DNA from: Actinomycetota bacterium
GTDB taxonomy: Bacteria; Actinomycetota; AC-67
Direction of reading: 5' to 3'
Length of the DNA stretch: 64,000 bases
Assembly: GCA_020201525.1 (NCBI GenBank)
Contig: JAIVGO010000094.1
Location: 4,126-68,125, forward strand
Positions within the stretch are counted from its first letter, which is position 1; each line of letters begins with the position of its first letter. The position numbers and the translations under genes were made by a program. The notes beneath the pieces were generated by a model, which ran no database searches, was not told the DNA's origin, and saw only the letters and a list, made by a program, of their open reading frames with translations. Shown one piece after another: positions 9,443-19,043 of the stretch.

Positions 9443-10909
9443 ATGTCACCAGTCCTGACGCGTTGGCGGTCCACGCGTGTTCTCGGCGGGCTGAGTGTGG
9501 TGTTGCTGGTGGCCGGGACGGCCACGGCGGTCGACCGCCTGGGCAACAGCGAATCCGATTTGGCGGTGAGCACGAAGGGCGCTCCACGGGCAGCGGTGCT
9601 GCCGCCGATGGAGCTCGACACGAGCTCGTCGTCGACCTCCACGACGGCCTCGACCTTGGCTGGGTCGACATCGTCGACGACGGCGGCCCCAGTAAGGACG
9701 CTCCCCGTCCCCAAGGTGACTACGTCGACCAGCCGTCGGCCGCGGCCGGCAGCGCCGGCCGACCCATCGACACCAACCACCCTCGCGCCGGTGGTCCCGT
9801 TGCCGGTGTCATCGCCGTGCCCTGGGGCCGCTCCGGTCATCAACGCGTATGGCGTCTACGTGGCGGACCGAACCGGGGTAGTGCGCCGGGTTGGAGACGT
9901 TACCGGCGCCGACGTGACCGTGAACCAGATGAGCTGGTCGCCGGACGGGACCATGCTGGCCTTCAGTACCTGGCAGGGAACCATCGGCGGGACCGGGACA
10001 ATCAGCGTCGTCGGCCGCGACGGGCTGGGTGCCCGGGTCCTCACCAAAGGCGGCGAGGTGGGGACCGCGTTCGCCTGGACGGTGGATGGCCGCCAGGTGG
10101 TCTTCGCCACCCGGGATCCCAACACGACTCCCAACCGCTCCGCGCTGCTGGCCGCCGACGTACACAGCGGCGCCGTCCGCACGCTCATCTCCGGGAGCGA
10201 CGTCATGGCGCCCATCGCCGCGCTGCCCGACGGGCAGCGCATCCTCTTCTGGGGCGTCGGCGGTCTTGCGGTGGTCAGCCTGGACGGCAGCGGCGTCCGC
10301 AAGGTCGCCGACGCGTCCTCGATCGGGTCGCTGTCGCCCGATGGGCGTTTATACGCCTTCGTGGAGAACGCGAAGCTCAACGTCGTCGAGGTCGACACCG
10401 GCCGCTTTGTGGTCGGCGGCCCCTACTCGGGGGGCGGATCCCGCCCCGGTGGGCCGGTCCGGTGGTCCCCGGATGGACGGCTGCTGGCCTACCCCGCAGA
10501 CGAGGCCCCTCCGACATTGACGCTGGTGGTCGCCCGCCCCGACGGCTCGGTGGTGCGCAGAATCGCCGATCTCCGGGGTGACTATCAGTTCTCCCCCGTC
10601 GGCGACCGGATCGCAGTCGTGACCGGCGCCGACTTGCGCTCCGATGTCTACAACGTGCCCGGCCCCGGGAACCGGGCTGGCCTCGTGAGCGCGATGCGCC
10701 TCGCCTGGGCGCCGGGGGCGTCACTGGCCGGTATCGAATACTTCTTGGACCACCCGGAAGACTCCCCCGACGGGACCGGCGCCGTCTGCCTCAGTGCTGC
10801 CGACGGCGGCACGCCTCGCCGGCTGGTCACCTTCTCGGGACGCACGATCGGCAACGGCCTGCACTGGTCCCCTGGGGGTGAGGTACTCGCCTTCCAGGTC
10901 ACCCGCTGA
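9443..10909 (+). CDS. Secreted TolB-like PD40 beta-propeller repeat protein.
   Basis: Signal peptide MSPVLTRWRSTRVLGGLSVVLLVAGTATAV. A Ser/Thr/Pro-rich linker. Repeated WSPDG/LSPDG motifs (WSPDGTMLAF, LSPDGRLYAF, RWSPDGRLLAY, HWSPGGEVLAF). Confidence 0.6.
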   Translation: MSPVLTRWRSTRVLGGLSVVLLVAGTATAVDRLGNSESDLAVSTKGAPRAAVLPPMELDTSSSSTSTTASTLAGSTSSTTAAPVRTLPVPKVTTSTSRRPRPAAPADPSTPTTLAPVVPLPVSSPCPGAAPVINAYGVYVADRTGVVRRVGDVTGADVTVNQMSWSPDGTMLAFSTWQGTIGGTGTISVVGRDGLGARVLTKGGEVGTAFAWTVDGRQVVFATRDPNTTPNRSALLAADVHSGAVRTLISGSDVMAPIAALPDGQRILFWGVGGLAVVSLDGSGVRKVADASSIGSLSPDGRLYAFVENAKLNVVEVDTGRFVVGGPYSGGGSRPGGPVRWSPDGRLLAYPADEAPPTLTLVVARPDGSVVRRIADLRGDYQFSPVGDRIAVVTGADLRSDVYNVPGPGNRAGLVSAMRLAWAPGASLAGIEYFLDHPEDSPDGTGAVCLSAADGGTPRRLVTFSGRTIGNGLHWSPGGEVLAFQVTR

Positions 10910-11311
10910 CACTCGTCCCTGGATCGGCCCCGGCGAACGACGTCGACGCGCTCCTCCGCCGCCTCGCCGCCAGGCGGACCGCTCCACCGCGCCGCTGCCC
11001 TGTCGTTTCGGGATAGGCCACGTTGCATGTCAGCTCCAGCACCACACCTTCGTCGTCGACCTTGGCGGGGGGATCCGCCCTAGTCCCCGAGGTCCAGAGC
11101 AAAACCTGCCGAGCCCCGTGGCACCGGTTCTCCACGGCGTCAAGGTCATTCGTCCTCGGCTGCGCCTGCGGGCGCTCCACCTTGACCCCGCTCCGCCCCG
11201 GCACGCCGAGGCGGTCAGGCATCGACGCAGGAGCGTCGCTGCCAAGAGGCAACGGCAGGAGCGACGATCAAAATGCCGCGCCGACTGACTAGGGGCCATC
11301 GGAGTCGGCGT

Positions 11312-11833
11312 TCAGTCGCTGGCCGGGCGGCGAGGGCCTGATTGGTATTGCGTCCAGGCGTCGAGCGCCTCGTCGAGAGTCATGACGGCAACGGCAGCCG
11401 GATCGGCTCCGGCGGTGTGGATGAGTCGGGCGGAGAGCCAGTCGGGCGGCGAGGCCGGTTCCGGTTCGGCTACGGGGCCGGTGGGGTGGCCGAGGCGGGC
11501 GAGAACCTCCGCCAGGGCATGGGTGGCCGGGGTCGGTGGGAGGGCGGCGATCCGGTCGGCGGCTTCCTGGTAGACCTCGTCGTCGGCTCGGGCGCCGACC
11601 ACCCACACCTCGCACACCTCGACGGCACCGTCGTGGGTTTCCCGGTAGACGATGCGCCAGTCCCGGTTCCCGAGGACGAGCTTGCGGTAGCCGGTGAGCG
11701 GCCCACCAAGCGGCATCCCGGCCTGCGGGTTCTCTTCCAGGAGCAGGAGTTTTTTGAGGACCCGGAGCCGGATGGCGTGGTTTAGTCGGAGCAGGTCCTC
11801 GACGGCGGCGTCGAGGAACCGGACATCCGCCAC
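11312..11833 (-). CDS. RelE/ParE-family toxin with an unusual C-terminal extension of about 78 aa.
   Basis: The first ~95 aa have the RelE/ParE pattern (GYRKLVLGNRDWRIVYRETHDGAVEVCEVWVVGARADDEVY). The gene is 4 nt downstream of a Phd/YefM antitoxin gene. The protein continues for a further Ala/Pro-rich ~78 aa. Confidence 0.6.
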   Translation of the reverse strand: MADVRFLDAAVEDLLRLNHAIRLRVLKKLLLLEENPQAGMPLGGPLTGYRKLVLGNRDWRIVYRETHDGAVEVCEVWVVGARADDEVYQEAADRIAALPPTPATHALAEVLARLGHPTGPVAEPEPASPPDWLSARLIHTAGADPAAVAVMTLDEALDAWTQYQSGPRRPASD

Positions 11834-11836
11834 GAT

Positions 11837-12142
11837 CTAGTGGTCGTCGAGCGCCTCGAGCTCGGCCCGGTTGGTCTCGAAGGCGGCGAGGACGTCGTCA
11901 AGACTGGTTCGCCGCCCGGAATCGGTGGCCACCCGGGCCAGGACGACGACGAGATCTCGCAGGTCCTCCTCGAGCGCTTGGAGTTCGCTGAACCGGCGCA
12001 TCGACACCACGGCCGCCACGGGCTTGGAATGGCGGGCGACCACGATGTCTTCGCCGTGCTCGGCGTCGCACACCAGCCCCGACACGCCCCGGCGGGTGGC
12101 GTCGGTGACGGAGACAACGCGGCTGTCATGGAGGAGAACCAT
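11837..12142 (-). CDS. Phd/YefM-family antitoxin.
   Basis: 101 aa, VARHSKPVAAVVSMRRFSELQALEEDLRDL, the typical Phd/YefM core. Sits immediately upstream of the RelE-like gene. Confidence 0.65.
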   Translation of the reverse strand: MVLLHDSRVVSVTDATRRGVSGLVCDAEHGEDIVVARHSKPVAAVVSMRRFSELQALEEDLRDLVVVLARVATDSGRRTSLDDVLAAFETNRAELEALDDH

Positions 12143-12281
12143 AGCTCGATTCTATACAGATTTCTGTGTAGGTCAAGCGAATGTGTGTTCGGGTACGGTT
12201 TTTTCAGGGATATCCGCCTTCGGGTGGCATAGACCCGGAGGCGTCCAGAACTTCTTCTGGGGGCCGGCAGGGCGAACCTTG

Positions 12282-13040
12282 ATGGATCACGATCCTGGCA
12301 CCTCGCGCCAGCCCAGGCAGGGCTCTTACAATCGGGAACCAGGCGCGAGCATCGAACGGGACCGCAACCGCCTGCGGGAATTCCAGCTAGAGGTCAGCAC
12401 CGGGCAGCCCAGCGGGCAGGCGTGGTTGGCCATCCGGGACGACGCCTGGGTCTATGGCGTCCGGACCGTGGCTCGGATGATCCGCCAAGGAGTGGTGTGG
12501 CGCCGGTACCGCGAGCTCGGCGGCGAAGCGGCCCGAGATCTCCGCATGCCGGCCCGGGGCGTCAGCGACGAGGACGCCCATACCCTGGCGTCCCTCGCCG
12601 TCGAACGGGCCCTCGCGGTGCTGCGTCAGCAGCTGCTCGAAAACAAGTGGTGCCCGGACCGGGAGAACCCGGCCAGCATCAACACCTGGTTCGTGAACTT
12701 GGTCGTGCTCAGCCTGCGGACCCCGTGGCGGGCCTGGCGACGCCAGCAGCGAGCCCAGCCGATCTTCGTTCCGCTTAATCCCGACCGGGAAATCGATCTG
12801 CGCGACCGGCCCGAAGCCGTGATCTACGCCGTGGAGTTCGACCGTTACCTCGAATCCCTCGACCCCGAGATCGCCATCATGATCCGCCTCGACGCTGCCC
12901 AGTTCGAGGACGCTGAGATCGCAGCCCTCGTGGGCCGGACCGCCAAAGGCGTCGAATACCACTTGGCCAAGTCCCGCCGGGCGGCCCGAGCCCGCCGCGA
13001 TCGCGAAACCTTCAGGGACCACAGCACCGGCGCGGCATAG
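12282..13040 (+). CDS. Sigma-70 family (ECF-like) sigma factor-like protein.
   Basis: C-terminal region-4-like HTH (YLESLDPEIAIMIRLDAAQFEDAEIAALVGRTAKGVEYHLAKSRRA). A region-2-like segment upstream. The 422-aa antisense ORF 12387-13655 is Arg/Gly-rich junk. Confidence 0.4.
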   Translation: MDHDPGTSRQPRQGSYNREPGASIERDRNRLREFQLEVSTGQPSGQAWLAIRDDAWVYGVRTVARMIRQGVVWRRYRELGGEAARDLRMPARGVSDEDAHTLASLAVERALAVLRQQLLENKWCPDRENPASINTWFVNLVVLSLRTPWRAWRRQQRAQPIFVPLNPDREIDLRDRPEAVIYAVEFDRYLESLDPEIAIMIRLDAAQFEDAEIAALVGRTAKGVEYHLAKSRRAARARRDRETFRDHSTGAA

Positions 13041-13500
13041 GACCTCAGTCGAACCCACAAACCCAAGGAGCAAACAATGGGTCAACGTGGCGCCAGCCCC
13101 CGAGCCGCCCGATCGGCCTCCAAGGTCCTCCGCGACGGCCGCACCAGCGCCGCTTCGAAAACGGCCGCGGGCAGTGCTCTGTCGCAAGCCGCCTCGAAGC
13201 GAAAGGGCAAGTAGATGACCGTCCGGCGCACCACCCGAACCACCACGAGATCCATTCCGATCCGTACCCCCAGCGGCATCCGTCACGTCCCGGTCCGGAT
13301 CACGACCCGGGTCACCGTCACCCGGAGCCGCTAACCCAGGCGCCAGACACGCCGGCAGCCGCCAACGCACTGACCGTCCCCGTCTTCGGGTCGCCCTCGC
13401 CGGTCCGATGCGGAGAAGGCTAAGCAGAACGGGCGAAGCCTTCCGCCCAAGAAGCCGCGGGCGAGCCAGTACGGAGGACACGCCGATGGGACTGTGGGAA

Positions 13501-13594
13501 CAACGGATCGAGACCAGCCCGGCACTGGCGTTCACCCGCGAAGCGAAACAGATCCTCGAAGCTGGCGAAGCGACATCACCCGAGGAGCAGGACC
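13501..13594 (+). pseudogene. Tn3-family transposase (TnpA) C-terminal remnant, part 1, cut by the IS3 insertion.
   Basis: Reads ...FTREAKQILEAGEATSPEEQD and continues in frame after the IS3 element at 16345. Confidence 0.45.
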
Positions 13595-13648
13595 TGAACC
13601 GCCCTGGGATCCGCGGAGGCTCCATTCTTTGGACGGAGGATGGAGTCC

Positions 13649-13966
13649 ATGGCACGACCGAACAAGTACCCGAAAGAGTTCCGGGAGCGGGCAGTCCGGT
13701 TGGTCTTCGAGTGGCGTGAAGCTCGTGGGGTGACCATCGGCGGGGTGAAGGACGTAGCGACGCAGCTGGGGGTGAATCCCGAGACGCTGCGCAACTGGCT
13801 CAAGCCCGTGGAGATCGACACCGGCCTGAGGCCGGGGACGACGACTGAGGACAAGGAACGCATCGCCCAGCTCGAGCGGGAGAACCGGGAGCTGCGCCGG
13901 GCGAACGAGATCCTCAAGCGGGCCTCGGCTTTCTTCGCGGCGGAGCTCGACCGCCCACAGAAGTGA
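13649..13966 (+). CDS. IS3-family transposase OrfA (HTH).
   Basis: MARPNKYPKEFRERAVRLV...LKRASAFFAAELD, the classic IS3/IS911 OrfA. The stop overlaps the OrfB GTG start. Confidence 0.8.
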   Translation: MARPNKYPKEFRERAVRLVFEWREARGVTIGGVKDVATQLGVNPETLRNWLKPVEIDTGLRPGTTTEDKERIAQLERENRELRRANEILKRASAFFAAELDRPQK

Positions 13967-14556
13967 TCGTCGAGTTCATCGACGCCAACCGGGAGGAGCT
14001 TGGGGTCGAGCCGATCTGCCGAGTGCTGCAGGTCGCCCCGTCCACCTACTACGCGGCGAAGAGCCGGCCGCCGTCGGCCCGGGCCCTGCGGGACGCGGTG
14101 ATGATGCCGGTCCTGCTGGCGCTGTGGATGGCCAACTACCGCGTCTACGGCGCCCGCAAGCTGTGCAAGGCGGCCCGCCGGGCCGGCCATGAGATCGGCC
14201 GGGACCAGGTCGCCCGCCTCATGCGCCAGTTGGGAATCCGGGGCATGCGCCGGGGTCGGCGGATGATCACCACCCGACGGGACGACAAGGCCGATCGGCC
14301 GCCCGACCTCGTCAACCGGAAGTTCTTCGCCAGCGCTCCCAACCAGTTGTGGGTCACGGACCTGACCTACGTGGCCACCTGGTCGGGGATGGCCTACGTC
14401 TGCTTCATCGTTGACGCCTTCAGCCGCAGGATCGTCGGCTGGCGGGTGGCAGCCAACATGCGCACCGACATGGTCCTCGACGCGTTGGAGATGGCCCGGT
14501 GGTCCCGCGGCACCCACCTCGAAGGGCTGGTGGCACACTCCGACGCCGGGTCGCAG
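13963..14556 (+). pseudogene. IS3-family transposase OrfB, 5' part (integrase core), interrupted after HSDAGSQ by the IS30 insertion.
   Basis: LWVTDLTYVATWSGMAYVCFIVDAFSRRIVGW...LVAHSDAGSQ, then the sequence diverges at 14557. Confidence 0.8.
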
Positions 14557-15996
14557 GGCGGACTCAACCGGCCGTCGCAACACCTCGATCACGGAGGTGC
14601 CGGTGGCGACGCAACGGGAAGTTCGGCTTTATCGGGGTCAGATCCCGTCGCCGGGTCGGCCGACGGTGGCCTGGCGCGAGGACCGGGTTCGCTTCTGGTC
14701 GGCTATCGCGAGCGGGACAACGACCGAGGACGCTGGTGTCGAGGCGCGCGTGTCAGTCCCCGTCGCGTGCCGATGGTTCCGACACGCTGGCGGTGTGAAC
14801 CCCTGCCTCTCATCAACAGTTTCGGGTCGCTACCTGTCGTTCCCCGAGCGCGAAGACATTGCGATCTTCCACGCCCAGGGATGTGGCGTGCGCGAGATCG
14901 CTCGGCGTGTGGGCCGGAGCCCGTCGACGATTTCCCGAGAACTGCGGCGCAACGCGTCGACACGGACTTGCCGGCTTGACTACAAGGCATCGATCGCGCA
15001 ATGGCACGCCGAGCGTCGAGCTCGACGGCCAAAGATCGCCAAGTTGGTCACCAACGACCTGCTCCGCGAGTACGTGCAGGAGCGCCTCTCCGGATCGGTG
15101 CGGACCGCTGATGGACGGGTCGTCGGCCCGGCCGGACCAGAATGGAAGGGTCGCAACAAGCCCCATCGAGGGGATCGGCGGTGGGTGAAAGGCTGGAGCC
15201 CCGAACAGATCTCCAAGCGCCTCAGGGTCGAGTTTCCCGATGATGAGTCCATGCGGATCAGTCATGAGGCCATCTACCAGGCCCTCTACGTGCAGAGCCG
15301 AGGAGCGCTGGAACGGGAGCTGGTCGTGTGCCTTCGCACCGGGCGGGCGCTCCGGGTCCCCCGACCTCGCTCCCGGCAGAAGGCGTGGGCCCACGTCAAA
15401 CCCGAGGTGATGATCAGCGAGCGTCCGGACGAGGCCCAGGACCGGGCCGTTCCCGGCCACTGGGAAGGGGATCTGCTCATCGGTCTGCAGCGTTCGGCGA
15501 TCGGCACGGTCGTTGAGCGCACGACCAGGTTCACGATGCTGATCCATCTGCCACGTGAGGACGGCTTCGGTGTCATCCCCCGAACCAAGAACGGACCGCC
15601 GCTCGCCGGCTACGGCGCAGTCAAGATGAAGAACGCCCTCGCCGCAACGATGACCACGCTGCCCGAGCAGCTGCGCCGATCGTTGACATGGGACCGAGGC
15701 AAGGAGCTGTCCGCTCATGCAGCGTTCCGAGTCGAGACCGGCATCCCGGTCTACTTCGCCGACCCCCGCAGCCCCTGGCAGCGCGGAACGAACGAGAACA
15801 CCAACGGCCTCCTGCGCCAATACTTCCCCAAGGGGACCGACCTCTCCCGCTGGACCGCTGAAGAAGTCGAGGCCGTCGCCAACACCCTCAACAGTCGGCC
15901 CCGCAAGTCCCTCGGCTGGAAGACCCCCGCCGAGGCTTTCGACGAACAGCTACGCTCCCTCCAACAGGCCGGTGTTGCCACGATCGATTGAGCCCA
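14557..15996 (+). mobile_element. IS30-family insertion sequence nested inside IS3 orfB.
   Basis: Imperfect terminal IRs: ggcggactcaaccggccgtcgcaacacc at the left end versus ggtgttgccacgatcgattgagcc at the right end (equivalent on reverse complement). Candidate 3-bp target duplication cag at 14554-14556 and 15997-15999. The IS3 OrfB reading frame resumes exactly after it (FTSIRYGE...). Confidence 0.7.
14603..15991 (+). CDS. IS30-family transposase.
   Basis: GGAGG at 14593-14597, then GTG at 14603. Two N-terminal HTH regions (RVRFWSAIASG..., GRSPSTISRELRRN). DDE region with GHWEGDLLIG and NENTNGLLRQYFPKGTDLS, as in IS30 transposases. Confidence 0.8.
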   Translation: MATQREVRLYRGQIPSPGRPTVAWREDRVRFWSAIASGTTTEDAGVEARVSVPVACRWFRHAGGVNPCLSSTVSGRYLSFPEREDIAIFHAQGCGVREIARRVGRSPSTISRELRRNASTRTCRLDYKASIAQWHAERRARRPKIAKLVTNDLLREYVQERLSGSVRTADGRVVGPAGPEWKGRNKPHRGDRRWVKGWSPEQISKRLRVEFPDDESMRISHEAIYQALYVQSRGALERELVVCLRTGRALRVPRPRSRQKAWAHVKPEVMISERPDEAQDRAVPGHWEGDLLIGLQRSAIGTVVERTTRFTMLIHLPREDGFGVIPRTKNGPPLAGYGAVKMKNALAATMTTLPEQLRRSLTWDRGKELSAHAAFRVETGIPVYFADPRSPWQRGTNENTNGLLRQYFPKGTDLSRWTAEEVEAVANTLNSRPRKSLGWKTPAEAFDEQLRSLQQAGVATID

Positions 15997-16313
15997 GTCA
16001 GTTCACCAGCATTCGTTACGGCGAGCGCCTGGCCGACCTCGGGGCGTTGCCCTCCATCGGCAGCGTCGGGGACAGCTTCGACAACGCGCTGGCCGAAGCG
16101 GTCAACGGGCTCTACAAAGACGAGCTGATCCGCGGTCCCGGTCAGGGACCCTGGCGGACCGTTGAGGACGTCGAACTCGCCACCCTCGGCTGGGTCCACT
16201 GGTTCAACACCGGCCGGCTCCACGGCTACCTCAACGACGTCCCACCAGCCGAGTTCGAACAGGCCTACTACCGTGACCTCAACGACAATGACGAGCTCGT
16301 TGGAATCCAATAA
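15997..16313 (+). pseudogene. IS3-family transposase OrfB, 3' part.
   Basis: FTSIRYGERLADLGALPSIGSVGDSFDNALAEAVNGLYKDELIRGPG...EFEQAYY is the canonical end of an IS3 OrfB. Confidence 0.75.
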
Positions 16314-16344
16314 ACCGAGCCTCCATCAGACCCAGGGCGGTTCA

Positions 16345-16581
16345 CTGGTGGCGAACTGCGTGATCTTCCACACCACCCTCGACATGATGGCCGTGCTCCG
16401 CCAACTGGTCGACGAGGGCTGGACGATCGACCCAGAGGACCTCGCCGTCCTCTCCCCCTACATCAGGGAGCGGATCAAACGCTTCGGTGAATACGTCATC
16501 GACGGCCTCGCCGACCCACCCGAGGCGTTCGACCCGCATCTCGACCTCCCCGACGTCGTCGTCGCCAGCCAGGCCGCTTGA
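16345..16581 (+). pseudogene. Tn3-family transposase (TnpA) C-terminal remnant, part 2.
   Basis: LVANCVIFHTTLDMMAVLRQLVDEGWTIDPEDLAVLSPYIRERIKRFGEYVIDG resembles the extreme C-terminus of Tn3-family TnpA (NT..Y......L...G....EDLA.LSP....HIN.LGRY). Confidence 0.5.
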
Positions 16582-16826
16582 GCAGGAACGGAGGCACGGT
16601 GGGTCCTGACCGGCAACCCAACTGGCAGCCGATCAGTGCCCTGGCCACGATCGGTTCGCTCATCGACGGCGAGGTCGATGGCGGCCGGGACCAGTACCAG
16701 CGGCTCCTGCGGACCGCCGAGCGGCCCTACGTCCTCGATGACGCCACCGTCGCCTGGGTGCTGCGGGTCTATGGCTTTAACCGCCGCCGATCTGTGGCCT
16801 TCGCCAGCCAGGCCGGCCGCTAGGGC

Positions 16827-17252
16827 CTACCGTGTGAAGGTCAGTGTCTGGGGGGTGGGGAGCTCGTTCTTTGGGTTCTTCTCGCCGGTTGCGACCGTCA
16901 CGCGGTACTCGCCGGCGGGCAGCTTGTGGAGATAGGTGATGCCGTAGCGGTATTCGCCCGAGGGCGGGAGCTCGATGAGGTCGGCTGTTCCGGCTACGGC
17001 ATCGACCCCAAGGAGTCGAGCCAGGGTGCTATCGGCGTTGACCCAGCCTGACCCCGAGCGTTCCTCCAGGCCAAACGTAGACCCGGCGAGCATCGGCCGG
17101 CCGGTGTTGTTGGTGAGAACGATTTGGCTTGTAGAGTCGTCAAGGCGAAGAGTCGGGTTGCCTTGGCTCGAGTGAGAGGACGATGGTCCCGCTCCGCATG
17201 CGGTGAGTACCAGTGAGAGCCCGAGGTAGACGGCCCAGCGGTGGCGGCCCAT
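16827..17252 (-). CDS. Small lipoprotein immediately downstream of the S1 protease gene. Candidate protease inhibitor or partner.
   Basis: MGRHRWAVYLGLSLVLTACGAGPSSS has a lipobox (LTAC). A 1-nt gap separates it from the protease stop. The 202-aa ORF in the track has a spurious upstream extension. Confidence 0.5.
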   Translation of the reverse strand: MGRHRWAVYLGLSLVLTACGAGPSSSHSSQGNPTLRLDDSTSQIVLTNNTGRPMLAGSTFGLEERSGSGWVNADSTLARLLGVDAVAGTADLIELPPSGEYRYGITYLHKLPAGEYRVTVATGEKNPKNELPTPQTLTFTR

Positions 17253-17253
17253 A

Positions 17254-18720
17254 CTACGAGGCCGTTTCGAAGACATGGACACCGAGTTCCGCTTCGATGT
17301 CGGAGAGGATGTTGAAGTACGCCACGGGGGAAGGCCTGCAGTGGCCGGTTGCGGGATCGAGGTTCGACAGCGACATGATTCCGTGACCGACGTATCCCCA
17401 GTGGACCGGGCCGCCGCTGTCGCCGTGTTCCGCACACAGGCTGGCTGCCGTCATGTTGTGGAACGTGATGTCTCTGCCATCCCCTTCGCAGTCACGACAT
17501 GTCACCGTGAGCCCCGTTGCTTGGATCTGTCCGAAGGTCTGGTTGGTGGTGATGCCTTCTTTGGTCATGGGAGCGGAGATCGTCCCGCCGGTTGTTTCGG
17601 AGCGGGAGAAGACCCTCAGGATCTGCTGCGTTTGGGAGTCGTCGGCGTAGACCCAGTTGTTGGGCACCCAATGGGCACTACTGGAGTCATCGAGTTTGAT
17701 CACTTCGCCGTCGGTATTCGACCCCGTCTTGTCACCGAACGCCCTCGTGGTGACCTTGCCCAGATTGTAGTCGCCGTGGGTCACTGTCGGGCCTTGGTCG
17801 AAGCAGTGGCCGGCCGTGAGTAGGACGGTGGCGCCGTCGGAGTCTCGTCGGGCGGCGAAACCCGAGGTGCACGACCTCGTGTAGGTCGTCTGAATGGGCC
17901 AGATGCCGCTCGTGGTCTGAGTCTGGAGGCGGACGCCTCCCCGCATCTGCTCGTTGGGCGGGCCGGTGATGATGCCGGTGGTGGCGGTGGTCGTTGTGCT
18001 CTGGGGGCAGGCAGATCGAGACGTGCAGGCACTCATCGCGTGCAGATCCGGCCCTTGCTGGACGACGAGGTTGGCGGCGTCCTGGGGGAACAGCTGGCGC
18101 AAGATACGTTCGGCTTGAGCGAGGTCGGAGATCACCCCCACGACCACCTTGTTCGTCGGGATGTCCTCGCCGACCGTGACGACCTTGACCCCCTGCACGT
18201 CCAGGTTGTGGAACTGGTCATCCACCGACCGATGGAGGGCACGGAGCGCGGTGAGCGACCGATCGACTTTGACAATGACCACGTCGGGGAGGCTTGCCGT
18301 CAGGACAGCGCTCACGGTGGCGAAGTCCTGGCCGGCGAGAAACAAGTGGATCCGCTGACCGGGCACGTCGAGGGCGACGCCCGCGAAGCGCTCGTCACCG
18401 ACGAGACCGAGGACGTGGCGACCGAGTACGTCGGCAGCGTCGGCCTGGAGGAGGTAGGTCGCCACGGTGTCGTCGCTGGCAGCCTCGTTGTGGAGCGCCT
18501 TGCGGCCACGGGCAAGCTCGTTGGCACCAACCGGCCGTGCCAGCGCCTGGCGCATCTCGGTGGCGGCTTGCGCGAGGGGGGCCGAGGGGACGAGCGGGTC
18601 GATTCCGTCGGCGGCTCGGGCGGCGACCGACCCGACGGGCGATCCACCCATCGCCGCCATGGTCAACAGCACGGCAAGCCAGCGGCGCCGGGCCGCGCGG
18701 GACGACAGGGCAAAAGGCAC
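17254..18720 (-). CDS. Secreted S1-family (chymotrypsin fold; alpha-lytic/streptogrisin-like) serine protease with an N-terminal pro-region.
   Basis: Signal peptide. LLTAGHC (His) and GDSGGP (Ser) motifs. A pro-domain of about 180 aa precedes the catalytic domain. Confidence 0.8.
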   Translation of the reverse strand: MPFALSSRAARRRWLAVLLTMAAMGGSPVGSVAARAADGIDPLVPSAPLAQAATEMRQALARPVGANELARGRKALHNEAASDDTVATYLLQADAADVLGRHVLGLVGDERFAGVALDVPGQRIHLFLAGQDFATVSAVLTASLPDVVIVKVDRSLTALRALHRSVDDQFHNLDVQGVKVVTVGEDIPTNKVVVGVISDLAQAERILRQLFPQDAANLVVQQGPDLHAMSACTSRSACPQSTTTTATTGIITGPPNEQMRGGVRLQTQTTSGIWPIQTTYTRSCTSGFAARRDSDGATVLLTAGHCFDQGPTVTHGDYNLGKVTTRAFGDKTGSNTDGEVIKLDDSSSAHWVPNNWVYADDSQTQQILRVFSRSETTGGTISAPMTKEGITTNQTFGQIQATGLTVTCRDCEGDGRDITFHNMTAASLCAEHGDSGGPVHWGYVGHGIMSLSNLDPATGHCRPSPVAYFNILSDIEAELGVHVFETAS

Positions 18721-19007
18721 GGAAGGGGTCCTCCAACGACCGGGAGCGGGAACGCTCGGGTCTCTCGGAGCAAAAGATCGTCACGACTCCCTTCCGCCTA
18801 AATGGTCCGACCGCGTCATTTCGGGGCTAGTCAGCCCGCTGGGGCTGCCCTCCGGTCGCCCGGGCGAGGTCCGATGCACTTCAGAGAACCCGCGCCGGCG
18901 GGGCCCACAAGGCCCCGGGACCACTTCAGAGAACACGGCCGCACCGCCACGGCCCGTGATGTACGGCGAACAGCGGCGGGGATGGCCAGAGCCACGATTA
19001 TGCTATC

Positions 19008-19036
19008 TAGACACTATAGTATTTGGATGGCATAAT
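19008..19036 (+). promoter_or_regulatory. Candidate sigma-70-type promoter (TAGACA, 17-bp spacer, CATAAT) driving a leaderless higB-like operon.
   Basis: tagaca at 19008-19013 and cataat at 19031-19036. An in-frame GTG at 19044 lies about 8 nt downstream of the -10 element. Confidence 0.35.
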
Positions 19037-19043
19037 CGGTGGT

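Larger units (their letters stand above)
13595..16344 (+). mobile_element. IS3-family insertion sequence, itself disrupted by a nested IS30-family element.
   Basis: Terminal inverted repeats: left tgaaccgccctggg... at 13595; right end ...cccagggcggttca at 16344, whose reverse complement is tgaaccgccctggg. Contains an OrfA (HTH) and a split OrfB (rve integrase core). Confidence 0.7.

Noticed and set aside
9463-10581. 372-aa plus-strand ORF in an alternate frame of the TolB-like gene.
   Set aside because: Arg/Gly-rich junk. The PD40 repeats are in the 9443-10909 frame.
12387-13655. 422-aa minus-strand ORF antisense to the sigma-factor-like gene.
   Set aside because: Low-complexity Arg/Gly/Pro composition. 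The plus strand carries a recognisable sigma region-4 HTH.
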